A stretch of 37,342 bases of DNA from Actinomycetota bacterium (GTDB taxonomy: Bacteria > Actinomycetota > UBA4738 > HRBIN12): NCBI GenBank assembly GCA_041486205.1, contig JBGPKY010000002.1:1-37342 (forward strand), read 5' to 3'. A program made the position numbers and the translations under genes. The notes below the pieces were generated by a model, which was given only the letters and a program-made list of their open reading frames with translations, was not told the DNA's origin and made no database searches. Below, piece by piece: positions 1 through 8,266 of the stretch. Every line of letters begins with the position of its first letter. Position 1 is the first letter of the stretch.

Positions 1-1211
1 GACTTCCTCCGCGTCAGGTCCCGCGCCTGCCTGGCGGCGATGCGGGCTTTCGCCGCGGCCTCACCCTTCGTCACGATGCGCTTCGCGTCGCCGGGGTGCT
101 CCTCCAGCCAAGTCGCCAGGTGCTGATTGACGGTGGTCTCCACCATCGAGCGCATCGACGCGTTGCCGAGCTTGGTCTTCGTCTGGCCTTCGAACTGCGG
201 GTCGCGGAGCTTGACCGAGACGATCCCGATGAGGCCCTCGCGAACGTCCTCGCCGGTGAGGTTCTCCTCTTTCTCTTTCAGCAGGCCCTTCGCGCGCGCG
301 TAGCGGTTGATGACGTTAGTGAGGGCTTTCTTGAAACCCTCCTCGTGCATCCCGCCTTCGTGCGTGTTGATGGTGTTGGCGAAGGAGTGGATCGACTCGG
401 CGTAGCCGGTGTTCCACTGGAGCGCGACGTCGACTTCGGCGTCCTCGACGGCCGCCTCGAAGTGGATGATCCTCGTGTGTAAGACCTCCTTTCCATAGCC
501 CAGATGCTTGACGAAATCCGACAGTCCCCCGGAGGCCTTGAACACGTCCTTCGTCGGTTTGGCCTCGCGCTCGTCGACGAGGGTGACCTCGATACCTCGC
601 GTGAGGAAGGCCTGCTCCTGCAGTCGTTCCACCAGTTGGTCCCGGCGGAACTCCACGTCCTCGAAGATCTCAGGATCGGGCCAGAAGGTCACGGTGACGC
701 CGCTCTTCTTGGAGGCCTTCCCCTTGACGAGCTTGGAAGTGGCCTTGCCTCGTGCGTAGCTCTGCGTCCAAGTGCCTCCGTCGCGCTGCACCTCAACGAC
801 CAGCTTCTTCGAAAGGGCGTTCACGACCGAGACGCCGACGCCGTGAAGGCCGCCGGAGATCCGGTAGCCCTCGCCCCCGAACTTGCCGCCGGCGTTCAGC
901 GTCGTCAGGACGACCTCGACGGCCGGACGCCGGTCCTTCGCCTTCGGGATGGGTTTCACGGGGATGCCTCGACCGTTATCGGTGACTCGGCAGCCGCCGT
1001 CCTTCAGCAGGGTGACGACGATCTTGTCGCAGAAGCCCGCCATAGCCTCGTCGATCGAGTTGTCGACCACCTCGTAGATGAGGTGGTGCAGACCTCGGAG
1101 GCTGGTGGTGCCGATGTACATACCGGGGCGGAGCCGAACATGCTCGACGCCCTCGAGGACCTGGATGTCCGACGCTTCGTACTTCGTCGGCTTCTTCGCT
1201 GCGGTTGCCAA
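1..1211 (-). CDS. gyrB: DNA gyrase subunit B, N-terminal ~403 codons (3' end runs off the window)
   Basis: Absent from the ORF track because it has no stop in the window. My reverse-complement translation from TTG at 1211 (in-frame TGA immediately upstream, GGAGG at 1216-1220) reads ..TKYEASDIQVLEGVEHVRLRPGMYIGTTSLRGLHHLIYEVVDNSIDEAMAGFCDKI.. and ends at the window edge with ..ARDLTRRK. These are GHKL ATPase/GyrB signatures. Position after dnaA-dnaN-recF-DUF721 fits. Confidence 0.9.
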   Translation of the reverse strand, partial: MATAAKKPTKYEASDIQVLEGVEHVRLRPGMYIGTTSLRGLHHLIYEVVDNSIDEAMAGFCDKIVVTLLKDGGCRVTDNGRGIPVKPIPKAKDRRPAVEVVLTTLNAGGKFGGEGYRISGGLHGVGVSVVNALSKKLVVEVQRDGGTWTQSYARGKATSKLVKGKASKKSGVTVTFWPDPEIFEDVEFRRDQLVERLQEQAFLTRGIEVTLVDEREAKPTKDVFKASGGLSDFVKHLGYGKEVLHTRIIHFEAAVEDAEVDVALQWNTGYAESIHSFANTINTHEGGMHEEGFKKALTNVINRYARAKGLLKEKEENLTGEDVREGLIGIVSVKLRDPQFEGQTKTKLGNASMRSMVETTVNQHLATWLEEHPGDAKRIVTKGEAAAKARIAARQARDLTRRK

Positions 1212-1289
1212 TCAACCTCCGTCCGACCCGGTCACGCCGGGGGTCACTTCCGATGAGGGGGCCTCACGCGGGGGAGCGATGCCTGGCAC

Positions 1290-1298
1290 ATTCTACCA
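1290..1298 (-). promoter_or_regulatory. Candidate extended -10 promoter for gyrB
   Basis: The minus strand reads TGGTAGAAT (TGn + TAGAAT) about 80 nt upstream of the gyrB TTG, in the 136-nt gap after the DUF721 gene. Motif match only. Confidence 0.3.
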
Positions 1299-1347
1299 AC
1301 CGGAAGACCCCTCGCGCTCGGTTGCATGGAGCATCGTTACCCTTGCG

Positions 1348-1656
1348 CTACAAGCCTTTTCGAGGTTCCGGGCGTACGACGATCTGCACTTTGCGGACCT
1401 CTTCGGACCCGAGCGCAGCGTTCGCCTTCTTGCGGATCTCATCGGCCAGGAATCGGGCCTGCGCCCCCCATGGACCGGAGCTCGTCGCTATGACGAGGAC
1501 CCCCGCGTCGAGGCTCACGGGGGCCGACTCCGCGCCGAGCCGCGGGCCCACGACGTTCTCCCACCCCACGGCCAAACGCCCGATGGCGAGCCCGCGCGCG
1601 AAGGCACGTTCTCGGAGCAACCCCTCGACGACATCGCCGAGCGGAGTGTCACGCAT
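1348..1656 (-). CDS. DUF721 / DciA-like small protein (recF-gyrB linked)
   Basis: Track ORF 1348..1761(-). Trimmed to the internal ATG at 1656 (MRDTPLGDVVEGLL..) because the longer form overlaps recF (stop at 1703) and has an Arg/Ser-rich N-terminus. Size and slot between recF and gyrB match the actinobacterial DUF721 family (the Rv0004/DciA position in M. tuberculosis). Confidence 0.65.
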   Translation of the reverse strand: MRDTPLGDVVEGLLRERAFARGLAIGRLAVGWENVVGPRLGAESAPVSLDAGVLVIATSSGPWGAQARFLADEIRKKANAALGSEEVRKVQIVVRPEPRKGL

Positions 1657-1702
1657 CGTCCGCTCATCCTTGCGGCGGCGCCATCTCCTGCTGTGCGACA
1701 CC

Positions 1703-2794
1703 TCAGCGCGCTCCTCGGATGCCGACGGCCCCCGCGGTAACGTCCCAGACCGCGTCGGCACGCGCCGGTACGTGGGCTTCGTCGGCTACCGAAACGAGGA
1801 CCTGCCCTCGCCCAGCCACGCGTTCGGCGACGACCGCCTGGCGCTTCGGGTCCAGGGCTGAGAACGGATCGTCAAGCAGAAGGACGGGCTGCTCCCCTGC
1901 CTCCTCCTCGATCGCCGTGGCGAGTCCGAGTCGCAGGCACAGGGCCGCCGCCCAAGCCTCGCCGTGCGAGGCGAAGCTACGTGCCCCCATATCCCTTACG
2001 GCCAGTCCCACGTCGTCTCGGTGCGGGCCCACCAGGCTCGTCCTGCGGATAAGCTCGTCGCTCCTGCGTTCGGCCAGCCGCGCGCGGAACGCGGCCTCCG
2101 GATCCGCTCCCTCCACCGAGGGACGATACTCACAAGCCAGGCCGTAGCCGGCGAGGTGAAGGAACTCTTCTGCGGCCGAAGGCGCGAGCCGTCCAACGGC
2201 CTCCTCGCGCAGACGCATCACCGCGCAGCCGTTCTCGATCAGCTCCGCGTCCCAAGCTTCCAGCCCTGACGGTACGCCGCGCCCCCCCCAGTCCTTCAGA
2301 AGCCGATTACGCTGGCGAAGGGTCCGGTCGTAAGCCGAGAGCGTCGACTCCTTGAGCGGCCAAAGCGAAACCACCGCTTCATCCATGAACCGCCGGCGTT
2401 GCGACGGGTCGCCGCGGACCACGTCGAGGTCGTCCGGCCCGAAGAAGACCGCGCGGACCTGCTTGCGTAGATCGCGTTTGCGGCGCACCGGGGAGCGGTT
2501 CACCTGCAACCGGCTCGCGCCGGACGCCGGGATCTCGACCTCGACGAGGAACCGCCCGCCGGCCGTCTGGATCTCACCCCGCGCGTAGCCTGCGGCGGCT
2601 CCATTTCGCACCAATGGGAGGTTCGTCGAAACCCGTTGCGAGGCAAGCGAGAATAGGAAGCCGATCCCCTCGAGCAGGTTCGTCTTGCCTTCCCCGTTCG
2701 CTCCGACCGCGACGATCAGGCCGGAGGGCACGTCGTCCAAGCGCGTTTCCCGGTGGTTGCGGAAGTCGCGCAGCTCGACCCAGAGCAACCGCAA
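1703..2794 (-). CDS. recF: DNA replication and repair protein RecF
   Basis: 363 aa. N-terminus MRLLWVELRDFRNH.., Walker A GANGEGKTNLLEGI, SMC-like signature region. Lies 3 nt downstream of dnaN. Confidence 0.95.
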   Translation of the reverse strand: MRLLWVELRDFRNHRETRLDDVPSGLIVAVGANGEGKTNLLEGIGFLFSLASQRVSTNLPLVRNGAAAGYARGEIQTAGGRFLVEVEIPASGASRLQVNRSPVRRKRDLRKQVRAVFFGPDDLDVVRGDPSQRRRFMDEAVVSLWPLKESTLSAYDRTLRQRNRLLKDWGGRGVPSGLEAWDAELIENGCAVMRLREEAVGRLAPSAAEEFLHLAGYGLACEYRPSVEGADPEAAFRARLAERRSDELIRRTSLVGPHRDDVGLAVRDMGARSFASHGEAWAAALCLRLGLATAIEEEAGEQPVLLLDDPFSALDPKRQAVVAERVAGRGQVLVSVADEAHVPARADAVWDVTAGAVGIRGAR

Positions 2795-2797
2795 GGC

Positions 2798-3901
2798 TTA
2801 GCCGACGGGCGTCGGCAGGCGAACCGGCATCACGAGGTACGTGAAGTCGTCGCTCTCCCCGCGGACGATGCCAGGCTTCAGTCCGTCCCGCACCTCGAGG
2901 CGGACCGTCTCCCCTGTTGCCGCCGCAAGCCCGTCGGCGAGGTAGCCCGGATTGAACGCCGCCGTGATGTCCTCGCCTTCGTAGCGGGCCTCGACGGCCT
3001 CGACGGCTTGACCTAGGTCCGGCGAGGAGGACGAGAGCTTCACCCCGAGCGCGTTGAACTCCAGCCTGACCGGCGAGGTGTCACGTGCTAGCAGGCCGAC
3101 ACGGCGGACCGCGTCCATCAGCTGCTGGCGAGACACCGTGAGACGGCTGTCGTACGCCTCGGGCAGAAGCTGCCGGTAGTTTGGGAACTCGCCCTCGATC
3201 AGCCGCGACGTGAGCGTGAGCTGCCCCATCCGGAACGAGACCTGACTCTCGTCCAGGAACAGCTCGATGTCGCCCTTATCGACGGTGGCAGCCCCCCTCC
3301 CCGCCTCCGACATGGCCCGCTCGGGAACGATCGCTTTGGACTCCCCAGCCGCAGTCGCAACCAGCTCGCGGACGGCCAGTCGGTACGAGTCGGTCGAGAC
3401 GAGCGTGATCCCCTCGCGACTGACCTCGACGAGCACGCCGGTCAGCACTGGCCGTGCCTCGTCCCGCGACGCGGCGCGCGCGACCTGCCCGACCGCCTCG
3501 GCGAACATGGGCGCGTCGACGACCACACGAGTGCCCGTCGGCGGTTGGAGCGACGGGAAGTCCTCCGCCGGGAGGAGCCGAAGCGCACCCTCGTATGCAG
3601 CGCACCGGATGCGTGCCTGGCCCTGGTCCGCGTCGAATTCGACGGGGGCGTCCGACAGGCTCTTCACCGTGTCTGTGAGAAGCCGCGCCGGCACGAGTGC
3701 CACACCCACCTCCTGCGCCTGCACTTCGATCGAAAGGCGGGCCGAAACCTCCAGATCGGTCGTCGTGAGAGTGAGCGTGCCCGCCTGCTCGACCTGCATG
3801 AGCACGCCGGTCAGCGCTGGGATCCCCGGGCGCGACGAAACCCCGCGCTGAACGATCTGGAGCGCCTCGGACAGCGCATCTCGGTCACACCGGAACTTCA
3901 C
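2798..3901 (-). CDS. dnaN: DNA polymerase III beta sliding clamp
   Basis: 367 aa, MKFRCDRDALSEALQIVQRGVSSRPGIPALTGVLM.. is a typical DnaN N-terminus. GTG start at 3901 preceded by GAGGGGG. Located between dnaA and recF. Confidence 0.95.
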   Translation of the reverse strand: MKFRCDRDALSEALQIVQRGVSSRPGIPALTGVLMQVEQAGTLTLTTTDLEVSARLSIEVQAQEVGVALVPARLLTDTVKSLSDAPVEFDADQGQARIRCAAYEGALRLLPAEDFPSLQPPTGTRVVVDAPMFAEAVGQVARAASRDEARPVLTGVLVEVSREGITLVSTDSYRLAVRELVATAAGESKAIVPERAMSEAGRGAATVDKGDIELFLDESQVSFRMGQLTLTSRLIEGEFPNYRQLLPEAYDSRLTVSRQQLMDAVRRVGLLARDTSPVRLEFNALGVKLSSSSPDLGQAVEAVEARYEGEDITAAFNPGYLADGLAAATGETVRLEVRDGLKPGIVRGESDDFTYLVMPVRLPTPVG

Positions 3902-3961
3902 CTGTCCACCCCCTCACTACTTCTTTGGGATAGGTACTTCTCTTACAGCAGTAGTAGGCCC

Positions 3962-4094
3962 TGTGGAAAAGGGGACAACCACCCCATTTCCCCAGCGTAG
4001 CGAACGCCACCGACATGTGAACTCGTGGTGGAAGGCGGGGGACGGATCCTGACGCCTCGCGCGCCAGCGCACAGCGGCACCCAGGGTTTCCACA
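3962..4094. promoter_or_regulatory. DnaA-box-like sites in the dnaA-dnaN intergenic region (classical actinobacterial oriC location)
   Basis: TGTGGAAAA 3962-3970 (reverse of TTTTCCACA, perfect), GTTTCCACA 4086-4094 (8/9), weaker GGGGACAA 3971-3978 (reverse TTGTCCCC) and CTGTCCACC 3902-3910. The adjacent stretch 3911-3960 is about 48% G+C by hand count. Confidence 0.5.
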
Positions 4095-4110
4095 GCTTCA
4101 TGCACCGGCG

Positions 4111-5502
4111 TCATGAGGCTCTCGCTCGGCCGCGGATGATACGTGATAGGTCCTGAACCTGCCGGTAGACGGGCTCCCGGTCACGCATGTTCTTATCGAT
4201 CTTGTTGATGCCGTGTAGTGCCGTCGTGTGGTCGCGATCGAAAGCCTGCCCGATCTTGATGAGTGACATCGCTGTGCACTCTCGCAAGAGATACATAGCC
4301 ACGTGCCGAGCGGTAGTAAGAGGGCGCGAGCGGTTCTTCGATATGAGGTCGTCGATCGAGAGACCGTAGTAGCGGGCGGTCTCCTCGAGGATCATCTGAG
4401 GGGGTATCTCCGTCTCGGCTTGCGGCAGAAGGTCCTCGAGCGCTTGCTCCGCGAGCTCTTGCGAAACCGGGTGCCCGGTCAGGTCGCTCCAAGCCACCAC
4501 GCGAACGAGGGCGCCCTCCAGTTCCCGGATATTCTGGTCGAGCTTGCTCGCGACGTACTCGAGCACGTCATCGGGCACGTGGACAGCTTCCCGCTGCGCC
4601 TTGAGCTGCAGGATCGCGATCCTCGTCTCGAGGTCCGGAGGCTGCACGTCGACGCAGAGCCCTAGACGGAACCTCGATTGGAGCCGCTCCTCCATGCCGC
4701 TCAGCTCCTGCGGAGGCCGGTCGGAGGCGATCACGATCTGGCGCTCTTTCTCGTGAAGCGCGTTGAAGGTGTGGAAGAACTCCGTCTGCGTCTCTTCACG
4801 CTTGGCTAAGAACTGGATGTCGTCGACCAGCAGGACGTCGACGTCGCGATAGCGCGCCGCGAACTGGTAGCCCTGCCGCTCGCGCACCGCCTTGATGAAC
4901 TCGGCCATGAAGCTCTCCGAGGTCACGTACTTCACGCGCAGGTTCGGCGCGAGCCGGTGCATGTGGTGGCCGATCGCCACGAGGAGGTGGGTTTTGCCCA
5001 AGCCCACGCCGCCGTAGATGAACAGCGGATTGTAGGCCTTGGACGGCGGCGCCTCCGCGACGGCCATGGCCGCCGCGTGCGCGAACCGGTTCGAAGGGCC
5101 CGGCACGAAGGCGTCGAACGTGTAGCCGGGGAAGGGCAGGCCTGGCGCGCCGAGTTGGCCGGTCGGCTCGCGGTGCCTCTGCGCGGGGCGGACGGGCGCC
5201 GGAGGATCGGCACGCTCGGCCGGCTGCGGTCTCGGCTCCGGCTCCGCGCCCAGACGAACCTGTACCGGCGTTCCGACCGATTCGGCCGCCGCGTTCTGTA
5301 TCAGCTCGATGTAGTGCTTGGCGAGCCAGTCGCGCACGTAGTCCGAGGGCGCAACGACCTCGAGCACCCCGTCGTGCAGGGTCGTTGCGTGCACGTCGGC
5401 GAACCACATCGAAAACGAGCTTTCGGGAAGCTCCCCCCGAGCCCGTTCGACCACATGGGACCAGGTCTCTTCAGCGGCCCGTTCGAACGAAACCACGGCC
5501 AT
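4111..5502 (-). CDS. dnaA: Chromosomal replication initiator DnaA
   Basis: Track ORF 4111..5517. AAA+ Walker A GGVGLGKTHLL, Walker B LLVDDIQF, C-terminal DnaA-box binding domain (..ARHVAMYLLRE..HTTALHGINKI..). I prefer the ATG at 5502 (MAVVSFERAAEE..) over the GTG at 5517 because a DnaA-box-like 9-mer (5505-5513) sits in the extra codons. Confidence 0.95.
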   Translation of the reverse strand: MAVVSFERAAEETWSHVVERARGELPESSFSMWFADVHATTLHDGVLEVVAPSDYVRDWLAKHYIELIQNAAAESVGTPVQVRLGAEPEPRPQPAERADPPAPVRPAQRHREPTGQLGAPGLPFPGYTFDAFVPGPSNRFAHAAAMAVAEAPPSKAYNPLFIYGGVGLGKTHLLVAIGHHMHRLAPNLRVKYVTSESFMAEFIKAVRERQGYQFAARYRDVDVLLVDDIQFLAKREETQTEFFHTFNALHEKERQIVIASDRPPQELSGMEERLQSRFRLGLCVDVQPPDLETRIAILQLKAQREAVHVPDDVLEYVASKLDQNIRELEGALVRVVAWSDLTGHPVSQELAEQALEDLLPQAETEIPPQMILEETARYYGLSIDDLISKNRSRPLTTARHVAMYLLRECTAMSLIKIGQAFDRDHTTALHGINKIDKNMRDREPVYRQVQDLSRIIRGRARAS

Positions 5503-5504
5503 AT

Positions 5505-5624
5505 GTATCCACAACACCTTTCCACATATGTGGAAACCCTTGTGGGGAAGAACCAGAGGTCCGGGGGGAAACGCCGAGCCGCCGGGGGGGAGCGCGCTGG
5601 ACTATAGCACCGGCCTTTTCCACA
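5505..5624. promoter_or_regulatory. DnaA-box cluster in the dnaA-rpmH divergent intergenic region (oriC / dnaA autoregulation candidate)
   Basis: 9-mers compared with TT[A/T/G]TCCACA: GTATCCACA 5505-5513, CTTTCCACA 5518-5526, TGTGGAAAC 5529-5537 (reverse), TGTGGGGAA 5541-5549 (reverse), TTTTCCACA 5616-5624 (perfect). 5501-5550 is about 44% G+C by hand count, far below the surrounding DNA. Confidence 0.6.
5601..5609 (-). promoter_or_regulatory. Candidate extended -10 promoter for dnaA
   Basis: The minus strand reads TGCTATAGT (TGn + TATAGT). The perfect DnaA box 5616-5624 lies just upstream where a -35 would be, which suggests autoregulation. Motif match only. Confidence 0.3.
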
Positions 5625-5672
5625 GGAGAGGCTGCAAAGGTCCTTTTGACGGTCTTTCTGAGCACGCGCCCT

Positions 5673-5702
5673 TTGTTCCGCGGCGATGGCCTCCCGTATA
5701 CT
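5673..5702 (+). promoter_or_regulatory. Candidate sigma-70-type promoter for rpmH-rnpA-yidD-yidC
   Basis: TTGTTC (5673-5678), 18-nt spacer, TATACT (5697-5702), about 50 nt upstream of the rpmH ATG. Motif match only. Confidence 0.35.
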
Positions 5703-5751
5703 CTCGCGCGTCGGCCGAGCGGCCGGCGATCGGACCCCCCGAGAGGCCGAG

Positions 5752-5889
5752 ATGTCGAAGCGCACGTTCCAGCCGAACAACCGCAGGCGTAAGAAGACGC
5801 ACGGGTTCCGGATCCGGATGCGGACTCGGGGTGGTCGGGCGATCCTGACGCGCCGCCGTGCCAAGGGCCGGGTTCGGCTGTCCGCCTAG
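5752..5889 (+). CDS. rpmH: 50S ribosomal protein L34
   Basis: [45 protein letters not shown] (45 aa) is canonical L34. GAGAGG lies upstream of the ATG at 5752. The track start at 5686 adds an implausible 22-aa extension. Confidence 0.95.
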   Translation: MSKRTFQPNNRRRKKTHGFRIRMRTRGGRAILTRRRAKGRVRLSA

Positions 5890-5964
5890 GCGGGGCACCC
5901 AGTCACGGATCGCTCGAGCGTCGCGCGCACCTTAGCCGCTGGGAGGCCCTTTCACGGAACCCGG

Positions 5965-6213
5965 ATGGTAGTGTTTGTCGCCCCCGGGCGGGGGTCGACC
6001 GGCTTCGTGGCCGGCCGTCGGGTGGGTGGCGCGGTGGTCCGCAACAGGGCCCGGCGCGTCCTGAGGGCCGCGTGGCAACAGCTCGCCCCTCGGGTTCAGG
6101 AGGGATACGACTACGCACTGGTCGCCCGCGCGAGCATCCGCGGGGCGAAGACGCAGGATCTGGTGGAAGAGATGGAAGAGCTGCTTCGTCGCGCGCAGGT
6201 GATGAGTCCGTGA
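5965..6213 (+). CDS. rnpA: RNase P protein component (start uncertain; homology appears to extend upstream to ~5890)
   Basis: Contains the RNR motif region GGAVVRNRARRVLRAAW. Follows rpmH as in most bacteria. The first canonical start (ATG 5965) gives only 82 aa. In-frame upstream codons (..VTDRSSVARTLAAGRPFHGTR-MVVFVAP) still look like the RnpA N-terminal helix/strand. Confidence 0.8.
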   Translation: MVVFVAPGRGSTGFVAGRRVGGAVVRNRARRVLRAAWQQLAPRVQEGYDYALVARASIRGAKTQDLVEEMEELLRRAQVMSP

Positions 6214-6521
6214 TCCCGGTGCTGCGCAAGGCTTTCTGGGCCGCGGGCGCTCCGTCCCGCTTCGTGCTGGTAGGTGTCGTCAGGCTCTACCGTGTGAGCT
6301 TCTCCGGCTGGCTCGGCGGGCAGTGCCGCTTCTACCCTTCTTGCTCCCACTACGCGGAGGAAGCCATCCGCAACCACGGCGCCTTGCGCGGAACCCTCAT
6401 GAGCATCTGGAGGGTTGCGCGATGCGGCCCCTTCACGGAGGGCGGGGTCGACCGTGTCCGACCACGGCGAGGCGAGCATAAAACGTATGATGCCGTCCTA
6501 CATCCCGGAGCGCGCTCATGA
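6210..6521 (+). CDS. yidD: Membrane protein insertion efficiency factor YidD
   Basis: ..RFVLVGVVRLYRVSFSGWLGGQCRFYPSCSHYAEEAIRNHGALRGTLMSIWRVARCGPF.. is the YidD signature. GTG at 6210 overlaps the rnpA stop (GTGA). Its stop overlaps the yidC ATG (ATGA). The track ORF from 6072 is an off-gene extension across rnpA. Confidence 0.85.
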   Translation: MIPVLRKAFWAAGAPSRFVLVGVVRLYRVSFSGWLGGQCRFYPSCSHYAEEAIRNHGALRGTLMSIWRVARCGPFTEGGVDRVRPRRGEHKTYDAVLHPGARS

Positions 6522-7591
6522 TAGGGGCTCTCGCCTCTTCCGTTCCGTGGTCCGGAGCCTGGCAGGCCTTGCTGAAAGGCATCGGCTGGCTGGTCGCTCA
6601 TATCTACGGCGTCATCCCGAACTACGGCTTGACGATCATCGTCCTGACGATCCTGATCCGGGTCGTTCTTCTGCCCTTGGGGATCAAGCAGATCCGTTCG
6701 ATGCACGCGATGCAGGTGGTGCAGCCGAAGATCAAGCAGATCCAGACCAAGTACAAGGGGAACAAGCAGAAGCAGCAGGAAGAGATCATGAAGATGTACA
6801 AGGAGCACGGGGTCAACCCGTTCTCCGGGTGCTGGCCCGTCCTGCTGCAGTTCCCGATCCTCATCTCGATGTATTCGGTGCTCCGCTACCCGCAGCACCC
6901 GCCGCATCTGCCGACGGACACGAAACTCTACGCGAACATCGAGGGACAGATCGCCGCGAACAAGACCCCCGTCGGCACCAACTTCCTCGGCACCAACCTC
7001 CTATGCTCGTCGCTTCAGGCGGGCCACGGCACGGTCACTGTTTCTGACTCGCACGCGACGGCCAACGATCCGCAAGCCGTGCATCTTGACTGTGGAACCG
7101 GGATCCCGGTCCGTATCCCCTACTTCATCTTCGCGTTACTTATGTTCGGCACGACGTGGTATCAGCAGCGCCAGATGCAGAAGGCAAGCCCGCCCGGCGC
7201 GACCTCTCAGCAGCAGCAGGCACTCACCAAGTTCATGCCCCTGATGTTCGGAGTGTTCGGGTTCCTGTTCCCGGCGGGGCTGGTCATCTACTGGACCGTG
7301 TCGAACGGCTGGCAGATAGGGCAGCAGTACTTCATGCTGAGGTCCCGGCCGACCGCGGAGGATCTTCAGGCCAAGGCGCCGAAGAAGCCGGCCAAGAAGG
7401 GCTTCTTGGCTTCGATGATGGAGAAGGCCGAAGAGGAGCGGAAGCGGCGCGACGGGGGTACAGGGACCGCAAAACCCTCAGCGAAGCCGGGCTCCCCGAA
7501 ACCCAAGCCGGGTGGCGGTTCGGCCTCGAAAAAGCCGGGTTCGTCTGGAGGCGGAAGTGCAGGAAATCGAAAAAAGCGCCCCAAGCGTTGA
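6518..7591 (+). CDS. yidC: Membrane protein insertase YidC/Oxa1 family
   Basis: 357 aa. ..LTIIVLTILIRVVLLPLGIKQIRSMHAMQVVQPKIKQIQTKYKGNKQKQQEEIMKMYKEHGVNPFSGCWPVLLQFPI.. is the 60KD_IMP core. Lys/Pro/Gly-rich basic C-terminal tail. Confidence 0.9.
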   Translation: MIGALASSVPWSGAWQALLKGIGWLVAHIYGVIPNYGLTIIVLTILIRVVLLPLGIKQIRSMHAMQVVQPKIKQIQTKYKGNKQKQQEEIMKMYKEHGVNPFSGCWPVLLQFPILISMYSVLRYPQHPPHLPTDTKLYANIEGQIAANKTPVGTNFLGTNLLCSSLQAGHGTVTVSDSHATANDPQAVHLDCGTGIPVRIPYFIFALLMFGTTWYQQRQMQKASPPGATSQQQQALTKFMPLMFGVFGFLFPAGLVIYWTVSNGWQIGQQYFMLRSRPTAEDLQAKAPKKPAKKGFLASMMEKAEEERKRRDGGTGTAKPSAKPGSPKPKPGGGSASKKPGSSGGGSAGNRKKRPKR

Positions 7592-8222
7592 GGAGGCCCT
7601 CGAGGCTGCGCTCGAAGAGCTGGGCGTCAGCGAGCAGGAAGTCTCGGTCCAGATCCTCCAAGAGCCTCGCGGTGGCTTCCTCGGCGTAGGCTCCCAGGAC
7701 GCCGTCGTTCGCGTTCGTCTGAAGCACTCGACGGACGAGGTCACCGAGGAAGACCTCGAAGAGCAGGGCGATCTTGCCCTCGAGTTCCTGGAGGGACTGC
7801 TCTCCCGGATGGGTATCACCGCCGGCGTCGAGCCGAACCTCCAGGCCGGGACGATGTACCTCGACATCCTCGGGACCGGTCCCGAAGACGAGGACATCGG
7901 GTTGCTGATCGGGCGCCACGGCCAGACACTTGAGGCTCTCCAGGAGCTGACCCGGGTGGTCGTCAGCCACCGCCTCGGCGTGCGCTGCCGGGTGATGGTG
8001 GACATCGAGGACTATCGCAAGCGCCAACGCTCGCGACTTGAAGCGCGGGCTCGAGATCTCGCCAAGAAGGTGCAGCGCACGGGGCGAGAGGAGGAGCTCG
8101 AGCCGATGAATCCGTACGAGCGGAAGGTCGTCCACGACGCCGTAGCGGGAGTCTCTGGGGTTGAGAGTTCTAGCCGGGGCGACGAACCCGAGCGTCGTGT
8201 CGTCATCCGCCCCCGGCCCTAG
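7557..8222 (+). CDS. jag: Jag/KhpB-like RNA-binding protein (Jag_N, KH, R3H)
   Basis: Track ORF 7512..8222. GTG at 7557 is preceded by GGAGG (7547-7551) and gives (M)QEIEKSAPSVEEALEAALEELGVSEQEVSVQILQEPRGGFLG, a typical Jag N-terminus. The C-terminus has the R3H-like ..LEPMNPYERKVVHDAV.. motif. Follows yidC. Confidence 0.85.
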   Translation: MQEIEKSAPSVEEALEAALEELGVSEQEVSVQILQEPRGGFLGVGSQDAVVRVRLKHSTDEVTEEDLEEQGDLALEFLEGLLSRMGITAGVEPNLQAGTMYLDILGTGPEDEDIGLLIGRHGQTLEALQELTRVVVSHRLGVRCRVMVDIEDYRKRQRSRLEARARDLAKKVQRTGREEELEPMNPYERKVVHDAVAGVSGVESSSRGDEPERRVVIRPRP

Positions 8223-8266
8223 CCGCGGGACCGTGAGCTCGCCGGCCATCCCGGGCGCCTCTTCCT

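Noticed and set aside
504-1256. 250-aa plus-strand ORF (and 96..482, 1078..1740, 1205..1861) across the left end of the window
   Set aside because: Antisense or off-frame to the clear gyrB and DUF721 reading frames. Arg/Leu/Asp-rich composition with no motifs. Typical long shadow ORFs of high-GC DNA.
3077-3092. Other CACGTG-centred 16-mers as extra parS sites (3077-3092, 22274-22289, 27811-27826)
   Set aside because: Hand alignment to TGTTTCACGTGAAACA gives only about 9-10 matches of 16. All lie inside coding regions. They are not credible ParB sites without experimental support.
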